A DNA stretch of 64,000 nt from an uncultured delta proteobacterium (lineage in GTDB: Bacteria > Desulfobacterota > Binatia > DP-6). Of the stretch, positions 17,945-27,607 are shown in pieces. How positions within the stretch are numbered: position 1 is the stretch's first letter; every line of letters starts with the position of its first letter. Where the stretch lies: the NCBI GenBank assembly GCA_963815115.1, contig CAWFFN010000009.1, positions 1,872,191 through 1,936,190 of the forward strand. The letters are read 5' to 3'. A program made the translations under genes and the position numbers. The notes under the pieces are model-generated. The model was not told the origin of the DNA, ran no database searches, and was given only the letters and a program-made list of their open reading frames with translations.

Positions 17945-20785
17945 GTGCGGCCATCGCGGGCAACGTTCCTGGCGGCGATCTCGTTCGCGCTGGCCTCGTG
18001 CTCGAACTCGCCCCGCGACGTCGTGGCGTGTGGCGCGACGGCTGCAGCCGGCCTGCGCGCCGTCGCGAGCGAGCGCACGGGGCGCTTCCTCGGCAAGGTC
18101 CACGAGGCGACGGCCCGCTGCCGCGGCGGCGAGAAGGCGGTCGAGCGAAACCGGACACCATGGGTCGACTGGCCGAACTACTGGGGCACGGGCGGACCGA
18201 CGACGCGGGCACCCTCGCTGGTCCCCTGGTGGCCCGTTGCGCCGGACACGCGCGGGCTACGCGGCGCACTGCTGGATCTCGAATACCAGCGAATCGAGCT
18301 GATCCGATTCAACCTGTTCGACAACAGCGGCACGTACCAGGCGTACGTCACGGACCGCGACGGCGCAGCGCTCCAGACATGGCCCGAGATGGAGCTCCCG
18401 CCCGGCGATCCGAATTTCGCCGCGGTGGGGGGCCATCCCCAGGTCTGCCACGGGCAGCTGATCCGCGGCCGGACGCTCACCGGCATCTGCAACGACGTCT
18501 ACAACCCCGCGATGGGCTCGACCGGCATGCCGTTCGCGCGGAACGTGGAGCTCGACGTGACCTTCCCGGACCTCGCGAGAACCTCGCTCGCCCGCAATCG
18601 GCACGGAGATCGCATCGGTCTGCTCGCGCCCGATGCGCAGGTGATCAGCCGCCGGCTCTTCACGCGCGCGCAGGCGCATCCCGAGCGCTGCAACGACGGC
18701 CGCGGACTGGACGACGACTCGCCGCGCGCCGAATGCGACTATCTGAAGGCGAACACCTTCAACGTGCTCGCCGCGTTCTGGATCCAGTTCATGACCCACG
18801 ACTGGTTCTCGCATCTCGATGAGGGTCACAACGACGCGCCGATCATGCCGACGGGGTGCCGGCAGATGCTCGCCGGCGGTGTCGAGCGGCCGCTCTCGGC
18901 CGCCGAGGTGGCCGCGCTCGGTTGCAGGCCGGACGACGTCATCGATCGGGCGTTCGTCGCCGCTGCCGACGATCCCGCCACGTTCACGGCTGCCGGTCGC
19001 GACTATCTCCGCCGCGCCTATCGCACGACGCCCAATTCGGTGACGGCGTGGTGGGATGGGTCGCAGCTCTACGGCTATGACGCAACGTCGCGGCGACGCG
19101 TGAAACGCGATCCCGCCGATCGCGCGAAGCTGCTGGTGGAGCACATCGGGACCCGTGCGGGCGCGGGCGAGGCGCAAGGCTACCTCCCGCTTCTCGGTCC
19201 CGAGGACCCGAAGAATCCCGTGTGGGAGGGCCAGGAGGCGGCCGCCTTTGCCGACAACTGGTCGATCGGTACCAGCTTCTTTCACAACGTCTTTGCGCGC
19301 GAGCACAACCTCTTCGTCACGACATTCCGGAACCGAACGGCGGTGACGCCGGACGAAGACTCCGGCCTGCGCGACCCGGACACGCCGCATCGGGTGATCC
19401 GCTACCGCGACGTCACCGACGACGAGCTCTTCGAGGTGGCGCGGCTCGTCGTGGCGGCCGAGATCGCGAAGATCCACACCATCGAGTGGACGACCCAGCT
19501 CCTCTACGACGAGCCGCTCTTCCTGGGGATGAACGCGAACTGGTCGGGCATCTTTCACGATCAGCCGCTCGTGTCCGATGCGCTTCGCCAGGCCGCCGCC
19601 AGCCTCGGAGGAGCGAGCGCGGGGGCGTCGGCGAACGCGTGGCATTCGATCTTCGCTGCCGGCAGCGGGATCGTCGGATTCGGTGCCCGGAAGCCGGGCT
19701 GGAGCATCGAGAGCGGGCAAGACGTCAACGGCGGCGTGCGGCACTTCGGGTCTCCGTTCGCGTTCCCGGAGGAGTTCATCACCGTCTATCGGCTCCACCC
19801 GCTGGTTCCCGACCTGCTCGAGCTTCGCACGTGGGACGGCGACCCGAACGTCATCCGCGCGAAGGTGCCGGTGGTGCGCACGTTCCGCGGACAGGCCACC
19901 GCGGCCATGCGCCGGGAGGGACTGGCGAGCTGGGCGGTCACGATGGGTCGGCAGCGGGTCGGTCGTCTGACGCTCGGGAACCACCCGCGGTTTCTCCAGA
20001 ACCTTCCGCTCATGGGCCGCATCCCATCGTCGAGGACCGACGCCATCGACGTGCCGGCGCTCGACCTGCTCCGCGACCGGGAGCGGGGCGTACCGCGCTA
20101 CAACGAGTTCCGGCGCCAGTATGGACTTCGGCAGCTCACCAGCTTCGACGACTTCGTCGACGGGGGGCTGGATTCGCGCGAGCCAGGCACCCGCCGCGAG
20201 CTCGAGCGCCAGCAGGCGATGGTGCGAACCCTGCGCGAGGTCTACGGACAGCACCGGTGCAGCGCGTCGAAGGAGATCACGTCGGCGCAGGTCAACGACG
20301 ACGGGACGCCGATCACGGACTGCCTGGGACGTCCCGATGGGAGCGTCGTCGACAACATCGAGGACGTCGATCCGGTCGTCGGGATGCTCGCCGAGTCCAC
20401 GCGACCGCACGGCTTTGCGATCTCGGAGACCCAGTTCCAGGTGTTCATCCTGAACGCCTCCCGGCGGCTCTTCAGCGACCGCTTCTTCACCTCGAGCTTC
20501 CGGCCGGAGTTCTACTCGGACCTCGGCATCGAGTGGGTCGATGACAACGGGCCCGACGGCCCCGAGCGCGAGCAGGGCAGGCCCAACGGTCACCCGATGG
20601 AGGTCTCGCCGCTGAAGCGCGTCCTTCTCCGCACCATTCCCGAGCTCGGTCCGGAGCTCGAGCCGGTGATCAACGTCTTCGATCCGTGGGCCCGCGATCG
20701 TGGCGAGTACTACGCGCTCGAGTGGAAGCCCCGCACGGGCGCCGAGGCGGACCCGGCCTTCCGGGAGGACGACGGAGGGCCATGA
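17945..20785 (+). CDS. heme peroxidase-cyclooxygenase superfamily enzyme, fatty-acid alpha-dioxygenase-like, probable lipoprotein
   Basis: WIQFMTHDW, TAWWDGSQLYG, REHN, AKIHTIEWT, EEFITVYRLH, RDRERGVPRYNEFRR, ASRRLFSDRFFT. Lipobox-like FALASC. Start uncertain. Confidence 0.85.
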   Translation: MRPSRATFLAAISFALASCSNSPRDVVACGATAAAGLRAVASERTGRFLGKVHEATARCRGGEKAVERNRTPWVDWPNYWGTGGPTTRAPSLVPWWPVAPDTRGLRGALLDLEYQRIELIRFNLFDNSGTYQAYVTDRDGAALQTWPEMELPPGDPNFAAVGGHPQVCHGQLIRGRTLTGICNDVYNPAMGSTGMPFARNVELDVTFPDLARTSLARNRHGDRIGLLAPDAQVISRRLFTRAQAHPERCNDGRGLDDDSPRAECDYLKANTFNVLAAFWIQFMTHDWFSHLDEGHNDAPIMPTGCRQMLAGGVERPLSAAEVAALGCRPDDVIDRAFVAAADDPATFTAAGRDYLRRAYRTTPNSVTAWWDGSQLYGYDATSRRRVKRDPADRAKLLVEHIGTRAGAGEAQGYLPLLGPEDPKNPVWEGQEAAAFADNWSIGTSFFHNVFAREHNLFVTTFRNRTAVTPDEDSGLRDPDTPHRVIRYRDVTDDELFEVARLVVAAEIAKIHTIEWTTQLLYDEPLFLGMNANWSGIFHDQPLVSDALRQAAASLGGASAGASANAWHSIFAAGSGIVGFGARKPGWSIESGQDVNGGVRHFGSPFAFPEEFITVYRLHPLVPDLLELRTWDGDPNVIRAKVPVVRTFRGQATAAMRREGLASWAVTMGRQRVGRLTLGNHPRFLQNLPLMGRIPSSRTDAIDVPALDLLRDRERGVPRYNEFRRQYGLRQLTSFDDFVDGGLDSREPGTRRELERQQAMVRTLREVYGQHRCSASKEITSAQVNDDGTPITDCLGRPDGSVVDNIEDVDPVVGMLAESTRPHGFAISETQFQVFILNASRRLFSDRFFTSSFRPEFYSDLGIEWVDDNGPDGPEREQGRPNGHPMEVSPLKRVLLRTIPELGPELEPVINVFDPWARDRGEYYALEWKPRTGAEADPAFREDDGGP

Positions 20786-20901
20786 GGACGCTCATGCTGG
20801 CTTTCTTCTGCGGCGATCGGCTATGACGCCGGTAAGAACGCTGCGGCACTTCCGGCCTCCGTCCGCTCCCTGGCTCCGCCACCGAAGAGGAGAGTAGGCT
20901 C

Positions 20902-22470
20902 GTGGCTGACCACAACGACCCCAATGCCGTCAACTCGATCTTCTCGGATATCGACGTCAGCGCCGCCGACCTTTACGACCTGTTCGGGTTCCCCAGCCCG
21001 GATGCGGCGGGCGGTGAGAAGGTCGTCATCGCGCTGACCTTCGCCTCGGTCCCGGACACCGGTGTCTTCGACGTCGACATGCTCTACCGGATCCTGGTGT
21101 ACCCCGATTCGAGGATCGTCTGGCCAGACAAGCAGGACCAGACGCTCACGGCTCTCCTCGGGTACTTCGACGCCGTCAAGGAGAAGTACCTCGGGCCCGC
21201 GAAGGCGTCCGAGGTCCGCGTCACCGTCGACCAGTCGCAACGCGCCACGATCAAGTTCATCGGGTTTCCCGGCGGCAATTTCTCCGCCGTCGTCGACACG
21301 AACAAGGTGCTGACCGTGGACACGCCCGCCGGTCATGCGATCAAGACCTACATCGGTGGCCGCGACGACGCGTTCTTCAACGACCTGACGGGATTCTTCC
21401 GCTCGATCAACTACGCGCCCCAGTTCTACCACGTCCCGCACACGATGACCGCCGCGCGCGAGCTGCAGATACCCAAGACGCTGCTCGAGCTCGAGGGCAA
21501 CGATCTGTTCAACCACGATCCGAACGACCCGAAGTGGGGCTATGGTCACCACAAGCGGGATCTCCCGACGGGGCCGCTGACATGGACCGGCGAACGGTTC
21601 CGCAAGGACCAGAACGGCAAGTATCGCTTCGTCTATACCGGCACGGATTGTCAGGCGGGGAAGAACGTGAACGCCATCATCCTGGAGATTCCCGTCGCGT
21701 TCCTGACACCGTCCCCTGGGAAGGATCGGATCATCAACACGTGGGGTGAGAGCTGGGTCCTGAAGGCCGCCGACAAGGTCGACACGATCCCCGACCATCC
21801 CCTGTGGCTCGAGCACCCGGGGGCGCTCCTCGGCGCAGTCGGGCTTGACGAAGAGCTGAAGAGGTACAAGCTCGTCGACACGGACGGTCAGCCGTTCGCC
21901 GACGCCGGCCTGAGCGAACGCGAGGACAACCGGCAGCTCGGCGCCAACAACTTCTGGCTCGCCCCGCACTTCATCAAGCGGCTGGGTCATCTCGGCTGGG
22001 GCTTCGGGCCGTCGATCAGCGCGCTCGGCCTACAGACCTCTTTCGACCACGACGGTTCGCCGGTCTCGGTTCACCGGACCTACGCCACCGCCGTCGCGGC
22101 CTTTCCACGAGTCAGGAAGGTGCTGTTCCAGCAGCTCAACATGCCGGACGACTCCTGGAACAAGAGCGGGCTGAACATTCCGCTCCGGCGCCCGTTCGAG
22201 ATCTTCGTCCCGAACGTCTGCGCCATCGACATGGACACGACGGGCACCTGGCCGTTCGGGCGCCGTCTCGAAGACCAGGTTGCGACTCGCTTCCTGTCGC
22301 TGTTCCTCGACATGGAGGCCAAGTTCGGCGGCCGCAAGTATCACCTCGACCTGCTGAACGACCAGTCGTTGTGGGATGCGGCACCGATCGAGCCCAAGAC
22401 CCCTCCGAATCCTCTCAGGAACGACAAGGAATTCCTCGACCGGTTTCCGTACCTGGCCGAGCCGTGGTGA
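20902..22470 (+). CDS. DUF4331-family protein (no signal peptide)
   Basis: N-terminal ADHND, DLYDLFGF, GGRDDAFFNDL, AGKNVNAIILEIP, GRRLEDQV, NDKEF..RFPYLAEP. RBS gaggag. In-frame TAA upstream at 20833. Confidence 0.78.
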   Translation: MADHNDPNAVNSIFSDIDVSAADLYDLFGFPSPDAAGGEKVVIALTFASVPDTGVFDVDMLYRILVYPDSRIVWPDKQDQTLTALLGYFDAVKEKYLGPAKASEVRVTVDQSQRATIKFIGFPGGNFSAVVDTNKVLTVDTPAGHAIKTYIGGRDDAFFNDLTGFFRSINYAPQFYHVPHTMTAARELQIPKTLLELEGNDLFNHDPNDPKWGYGHHKRDLPTGPLTWTGERFRKDQNGKYRFVYTGTDCQAGKNVNAIILEIPVAFLTPSPGKDRIINTWGESWVLKAADKVDTIPDHPLWLEHPGALLGAVGLDEELKRYKLVDTDGQPFADAGLSEREDNRQLGANNFWLAPHFIKRLGHLGWGFGPSISALGLQTSFDHDGSPVSVHRTYATAVAAFPRVRKVLFQQLNMPDDSWNKSGLNIPLRRPFEIFVPNVCAIDMDTTGTWPFGRRLEDQVATRFLSLFLDMEAKFGGRKYHLDLLNDQSLWDAAPIEPKTPPNPLRNDKEFLDRFPYLAEPW

Positions 22471-22471
22471 G

Positions 22472-23653
22472 ATGAACGGGCCGACCGACTTCGACCTCGA
22501 GCTCAGGCAGATCGACGAAGACATCTCCGCGCTCCGCCGCGGCACGTGTCCCGGCACCTCGACCGACGACGAACGGCTGACCAGATTCGCCTACCGCCTC
22601 TATCAGCGGGCCTCGCTGACGGGGAGCTTCGCCGAGCTCGAGAGCGCGGCGGCGGCCATCGACGGCGCGCTCGCGCAGGTGCGACACGGATCGGATCTCT
22701 ACCTCTTGAAGGCGAACGTCGACTTCAAGTTTCACCGGCTGGCCGACGTGAGAGGTGATCTCGCAGCGTGTGCGACGCTTCGCGAGAGCACCCAGGGAAG
22801 GGCCTTGCAGGCCGACCTCGACGCCGAGGCGGGCCGGTACGACGCCGCGAGGACGGGATACGAGCACGTCATCCAGGACGACCCGACCTGGGACAATCTC
22901 GCGCGTCTCGCTCACCTGAAGGCGCAGATGGGTGACGTCGAGGGCGCCGATCGGCTCTACGGGGAGGCCGAAGACGAGCTCACGGCCAAGCAGATGCGGC
23001 ACTACGCCTGGCTGGAGCTGCAGAGGGGACGCCTCGACCTCTCGCGGGGGCGGTTCGATGACGCGCGCGGGCACTACCAGCGAGGCGGCCGTGCCTACTC
23101 CGGGTACTGGCTCGTCGAGCAGCACATGGCGGAGCTGCTCGGCGCCCGGGGCGAGCTCGACGAAGCGGTTGCGCTGTACGAGCGGCTGGTCACCCTCGTG
23201 CCCAGAGCCGAATTCCAGCAGGCGCTGGGCGAGCTGTACGAGCTCACGCACCGGCCGGCGCAGGCCCAATCGTGGCTCGACAAGGCATGCGCTGCCTACC
23301 ACGAGTCCGCCGCGCGGGGCGAAGTCCACTACTACCACCACCTCGCCGACTTCTACGCGGATGTGCGTCGGGACGGTGCCGAGGCGGTGAGGTGGGCACG
23401 GAAGGACGTCGAGCTGCGAGACAACTGCTCGACCCGGGCGGCGTTGGCGTGGTCGCTGTACCGGGCCGGGCAGTTCGCCGAGGCGCGCGATGCGATCGAT
23501 CACGCGCTCGCGTCCGGCGCGAAGAACGCGCAGTTGTTCTCCCAGGCCGGGACGATCTACCGGGCCGCCGGCGAGAACGGCCGGAGCGACGAGTACCTCC
23601 GGATGGCCAGCGAGCTCAACCCGCAGCAGCAGAGTTTTCACACGTTCTCGTAG
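22472..23653 (+). CDS. tetratricopeptide repeat protein
   Basis: Repeated helical TPR-like units (GRYDAAR.GY, GRFDDAR.HY, GELDEAV.LY, LAWSLYRAGQFAEA). Starts 1 nt after the DUF4331 stop. Confidence 0.85.
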   Translation: MNGPTDFDLELRQIDEDISALRRGTCPGTSTDDERLTRFAYRLYQRASLTGSFAELESAAAAIDGALAQVRHGSDLYLLKANVDFKFHRLADVRGDLAACATLRESTQGRALQADLDAEAGRYDAARTGYEHVIQDDPTWDNLARLAHLKAQMGDVEGADRLYGEAEDELTAKQMRHYAWLELQRGRLDLSRGRFDDARGHYQRGGRAYSGYWLVEQHMAELLGARGELDEAVALYERLVTLVPRAEFQQALGELYELTHRPAQAQSWLDKACAAYHESAARGEVHYYHHLADFYADVRRDGAEAVRWARKDVELRDNCSTRAALAWSLYRAGQFAEARDAIDHALASGAKNAQLFSQAGTIYRAAGENGRSDEYLRMASELNPQQQSFHTFS

Positions 23654-23712
23654 GCCCGGGTCACCCCGGCATGACGACGCTTCGAGCAGATCGGGTCGAG
23701 GAGGCGACGGCG

Positions 23713-26499
23713 ATGTCCCAGTCCAGCTCGGATCCGGCATCCAGCGACGCGCGGATGGACCTTCTCCAGCTCTCGGGCGTTCTCCTCGAGGAATACGGGG
23801 AGCTGCGTAAGGCGTGGAAGCTCGACGGCGTGGAGGCTGCCGCGAACGAGGAAGGGCGGCTCAAGGCACTCTTCGAAGTTGCCCACAAGTCAGCCGACGG
23901 AAAACCGCTTTCCGCGCTCTGCCTCTCCGGCGGCGGCATCCGGAGTGCCACGTTCAACCTGGGCGTGATCCAGGCGCTCGCCGAGCGCGGGCTGCTGGAG
24001 CGATTCGACTATCTCTCCAGCGTCTCGGGTGGCGGCTACATCGCGAGCTGGCTCTCGGGATGGATCCACCGTGCCGGGGGGCTCGACAAGATCAGCGCGG
24101 ATCTGAGGGGCCTTCGACAGGACGGGAATCCGATCGCGCCGGAGCCCCGCGCCATCAGGCACCTCCGCGAGTACAGCAACTACCTGACGCCACGGCTGGG
24201 TCTCCTGTCCGTCGACACGTGGACATCCGCGCTCATCATCCTGAGGAACCTCTTTCTGAACTGGCTCGTGCTCATCCCCATCCTGTCCGCGATCCTGGCC
24301 CTGCCATTGCTCGTCATCGCGCGGTGGGACTTCGCCGCCTGGTCCGCGTCGGGGCGGGGTCGGTTCTTCTTCTTCTCGGGGCTCGCGGCCGGAGGCGTCG
24401 GGCTCGTTTTCATGAATGCGCTCCGTGGCGTGAGGAGGCCCGAGACCACCGGCGACACCGATGGTGGAGCGACAGCCTCCGGCGACTGGACGCAGCGGTT
24501 CGTGTTTCTGGGCCTGGTGCCTCTCCTCGTGGGAGCGTCCTGCGTGGTGATGGCGCTCGGCTGGGGCGACATTCAGCCCTTCTCGACGTTCTGGACCGCG
24601 CTCCGGCCGAGCGTGCTGCTCGGGCTCGCCCTGCCGGTGATCGCGTTCCTCGTCTCGATCCCGGTCCAGCGAACGCTCGGAGTGGCACCGGCTGCCGTCG
24701 GCTGGGACCTCCTCGCTCTCCTCGGCGCCGGCGCCGCCGAGACCGCGATGTACGCGTGGATCCTCTCGCACTGGGCGGCTCCCGTGAGGGACTGGCCGCA
24801 TTTCGGCTTCCTGATCGTTCTTCCCGTGCTGGTGCTCGTCCCGATGCTGCTCGGCAAATCCCTGTTCGTGGCCTTCGCCAGTGTGGCGGAGGGCAAGGCG
24901 CGCGAATCCCAGTTCGGAGATGCGCAGCGAGAGTGGTGGGCGCGCTGGTCGGCGTGGATATCCATCGCGCTCGTGGCCTGGATGGCGGCAAGCACGATCG
25001 TCTACCTCACCCCGTGGCTGGTCGGCATCGCTCGGAACCGGGTGGCGAGTGCGCTCAGCATGGCCGGTATCGGAACGACACTCCTCGGCGGCGCGATCAG
25101 TCTCCTCGGGAAGAGCGCCAAGACCCCGGCTCCCAACGGCAAGTCGGAACACCCATGGACGCAGCTCGGGATCAAACTCGGCGTCCCGGTGTTCTGCGCA
25201 TTGGTTGCGATGCTTCTGTCGCTCGGAACCCAGGCGCTCATCGTTGCCATCAGGGGAGGCGATAGGCTTCCGATCGACGCCGTCGTGGCCCCGGGGCCCG
25301 TCGTCATCGGCACCGTGCTCGGGCTGGCGATGTTCGGCCTGACGATCGGATGGTTCGTGAACGTGAACCGGTTCTCGCTCCAGGCCTTCTATCGCAACCG
25401 TCTCGTTCGCTGCTATCTCGGCGCCAGCAACGTTCCCCATGTCGACGCGAACGGAAAGCAACACCTCGGCCGCATGCCCAACTTCTTCACGGGCTTCGAT
25501 CCGAACGACAACATCCGCTTGCACAGGCTGCGTGCGAACCGGCCGCTCCCGGTCGTGAACATGACCTTGAACCTCGTCGGAGGTGCGAACCTCGCCTGGC
25601 AGGAGCGCAAAGCCGAAAGCTTCACGGCGTCCCCGCTTCATTGCGGGAACGCCGAGCTCGGCTACCGGCGGACCGAGGCCTACGGCGGCGACGAGGGAAT
25701 CTCGCTCGGCACCGCCGTGTCCATCTCGGGCGCCGCGGCGAATCCCAACATGGGCTACAACTCTTCGCCCTCCGTGGCGCTCGTCATGGCGCTCTTCAAC
25801 GCACGTCTCGGAGCCTGGCTCGGCAACCCCGGCCGCCCCGGCGACAAGGTGTTCCGCCACAGCGGCCCGGGCACGACCTCCCCCTACTGGATGCTGGCCG
25901 AGGCGTTCGGCAGGACGGACGACCGGCAATCGTACGTGAATCTCTCCGACGGCGGCCACTTCGACAATCTCGGGCTCTACGAGATGGTTCGCCGTCGCTG
26001 CCGGTTCATCCTCGTCTCCGACGCCGGCCAGGATATGGAATGCCGCTTCGCCGATCTCGGCAATGCCATTCGGAAGATCCGAATCGACCTGGGGATCGGC
26101 ATCGAGTTCCCCATGGATGGAATTCACATCTACCCGCGGGTTCCGGGCGGCCCGAATCCGCGCGCCGGCTATTGTGCGATCGGCAGCATCAACTACCGTG
26201 ACGTGGACGAGGGTGCGCCGCGCGGAATACTGGTCTATCTCAAGCCGGCGATCTGCGGCGGCTCCGAGCCCTACGACGTCTACAGCTACTCGCGGGCGTC
26301 GACCGAGTTTCCTCACGAGCCGACGACCGACCAGTGGTTCCGCGAGTCGCAGTTCGAGGCCTACCGCATGCTGGGCAAGACGGCGATGCTGGCGATCACC
26401 GAGAACGTCACGACCGACTCCCTGGACCAGGTTCTGGCCGCCATCCAGCACTATCTGGGGCGCACCGGACCGTCGGCCCCCGATGTCGTGACTGCCTGA
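23713..26499 (+). CDS. polytopic membrane patatin/cPLA2-like phospholipase
   Basis: LCLSGGGIRSA oxyanion loop, DYLSSVSGGGY nucleophile, LSDGGHFDNLG catalytic Asp. About 10 TM segments between the Ser and Asp halves. RBS gaggagg. Confidence 0.85.
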   Translation: MSQSSSDPASSDARMDLLQLSGVLLEEYGELRKAWKLDGVEAAANEEGRLKALFEVAHKSADGKPLSALCLSGGGIRSATFNLGVIQALAERGLLERFDYLSSVSGGGYIASWLSGWIHRAGGLDKISADLRGLRQDGNPIAPEPRAIRHLREYSNYLTPRLGLLSVDTWTSALIILRNLFLNWLVLIPILSAILALPLLVIARWDFAAWSASGRGRFFFFSGLAAGGVGLVFMNALRGVRRPETTGDTDGGATASGDWTQRFVFLGLVPLLVGASCVVMALGWGDIQPFSTFWTALRPSVLLGLALPVIAFLVSIPVQRTLGVAPAAVGWDLLALLGAGAAETAMYAWILSHWAAPVRDWPHFGFLIVLPVLVLVPMLLGKSLFVAFASVAEGKARESQFGDAQREWWARWSAWISIALVAWMAASTIVYLTPWLVGIARNRVASALSMAGIGTTLLGGAISLLGKSAKTPAPNGKSEHPWTQLGIKLGVPVFCALVAMLLSLGTQALIVAIRGGDRLPIDAVVAPGPVVIGTVLGLAMFGLTIGWFVNVNRFSLQAFYRNRLVRCYLGASNVPHVDANGKQHLGRMPNFFTGFDPNDNIRLHRLRANRPLPVVNMTLNLVGGANLAWQERKAESFTASPLHCGNAELGYRRTEAYGGDEGISLGTAVSISGAAANPNMGYNSSPSVALVMALFNARLGAWLGNPGRPGDKVFRHSGPGTTSPYWMLAEAFGRTDDRQSYVNLSDGGHFDNLGLYEMVRRRCRFILVSDAGQDMECRFADLGNAIRKIRIDLGIGIEFPMDGIHIYPRVPGGPNPRAGYCAIGSINYRDVDEGAPRGILVYLKPAICGGSEPYDVYSYSRASTEFPHEPTTDQWFRESQFEAYRMLGKTAMLAITENVTTDSLDQVLAAIQHYLGRTGPSAPDVVTA

Positions 26500-26580
26500 C
26501 CGTCGCCGTGGGCCAGCGGGTGGAGAGGGTCGGAGGCCGTAACAGGCCGTTTCCGGCACCCATTCCACGACCGCCTCCGG

Positions 26581-27360
26581 TCAGGTGAGCACGCGTGCGA
26601 CCTCGAAGTGCATGCCGTCGCGACGCGAGAAGTGTCCGCCCCAGTAGAAGCCGTGTTCGTTGGCCATCGCGACCAGCTCGCGCACCGAGCCCTTCTCGCC
26701 GCGCAGCGCCGGCACCGTACCGCGTGCGTTCCATGCGACGTTGATGTCGAACGCCGTCCCCCACGCGTGATTCGACAGCGTCGTCCGGCTGCCGCGCACG
26801 AAGCGCGGCACGAAGCTCCCCGCCCAGGTGAGGATGCGATTGCCCAGCTTGGCCGCTTCCCACGCCGCGAAGAGCGCCTGCACTTGAGGGGCGACCAGGC
26901 GATGCACCCGGATCCTGCCGGTCTTCGGCGCACCCTCGAGCCCGATCAGCTGCGGCACCGTGACGATGACGACGTTGCGCGCCTCCCAGTCGCCGAGGAT
27001 CCGGATGGCGTCACCGCCCGGCACGGGAGTGAACTTGAAGGTGCCGAATATCTGGCCCCGCTCGAGGTTCGAGATCAGCGGCTTGAACGCCGGCGGCGCC
27101 GGCCAGTCGGGTCCCGACGTCCCGCCGAGCGGATCGGTGAAGCCGAGGTCGAGGCCTGTCTGCAAGGCTGCCGCGAGGGTTTGCGGACCGACCATGCCGT
27201 CGCCCGTGAGCTTTCGCTTCCTCTGGAAGACCTTGGTCGCCGCCTCGGTGAGCGGCCCGAACACACCGTCGACACTGCCCTCGAGCAGCTCCTGCCCGAG
27301 GAGGAAGTGCTGCCAGCGGCGCACGTCCTCGCCTTCACTGCCTCTGCGCAGGATCTCCAT
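26581..27360 (-). CDS. peptidoglycan-binding domain plus M15-family zinc peptidase
   Basis: LRRGSEGEDVRRWQ..DGVFGPLTEAATKVFQ..DGMVGPQT (PG_binding_1). SNHAWGTAFDIN, WGG and DGMHFE (M15). RBS aggagg. Confidence 0.88.
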   Translation of the reverse strand: MEILRRGSEGEDVRRWQHFLLGQELLEGSVDGVFGPLTEAATKVFQRKRKLTGDGMVGPQTLAAALQTGLDLGFTDPLGGTSGPDWPAPPAFKPLISNLERGQIFGTFKFTPVPGGDAIRILGDWEARNVVIVTVPQLIGLEGAPKTGRIRVHRLVAPQVQALFAAWEAAKLGNRILTWAGSFVPRFVRGSRTTLSNHAWGTAFDINVAWNARGTVPALRGEKGSVRELVAMANEHGFYWGGHFSRRDGMHFEVARVLT

Positions 27361-27607
27361 GTCTCCTCCTCTCGTGGGCGCGCGGCGGGCGCACGCGGGG
27401 CGTGGTGAAGCATCCTCGTAGTGGGCGGCGGGTATCGCGGTCAACTTGCGATCTTCTCGCTGCGACGACGACCGAATGGGTCGCACGTTTCTCCCAAACT
27501 TCGACCCGCAGGTGCGACCGTTCGTTGGACAGCATGGCCGCGCCCGTCGCGAGAGGTGTGGCAATGAGTGGCCAGTGAATCTCGCCACCCGGCTCTGGCG
27601 AGACGGG

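Noticed and set aside
17486-18096. Head-to-head overlap of the receptor and dioxygenase ORFs
   Set aside because: An artefact of longest-ORF calling. Plausible starts at 17583/17592 and 17945 leave a normal divergent spacer.
26581-27360. Prophage remnant
   Set aside because: Only an endolysin-like gene is present, with no integrase, structural genes, holin or att repeats.
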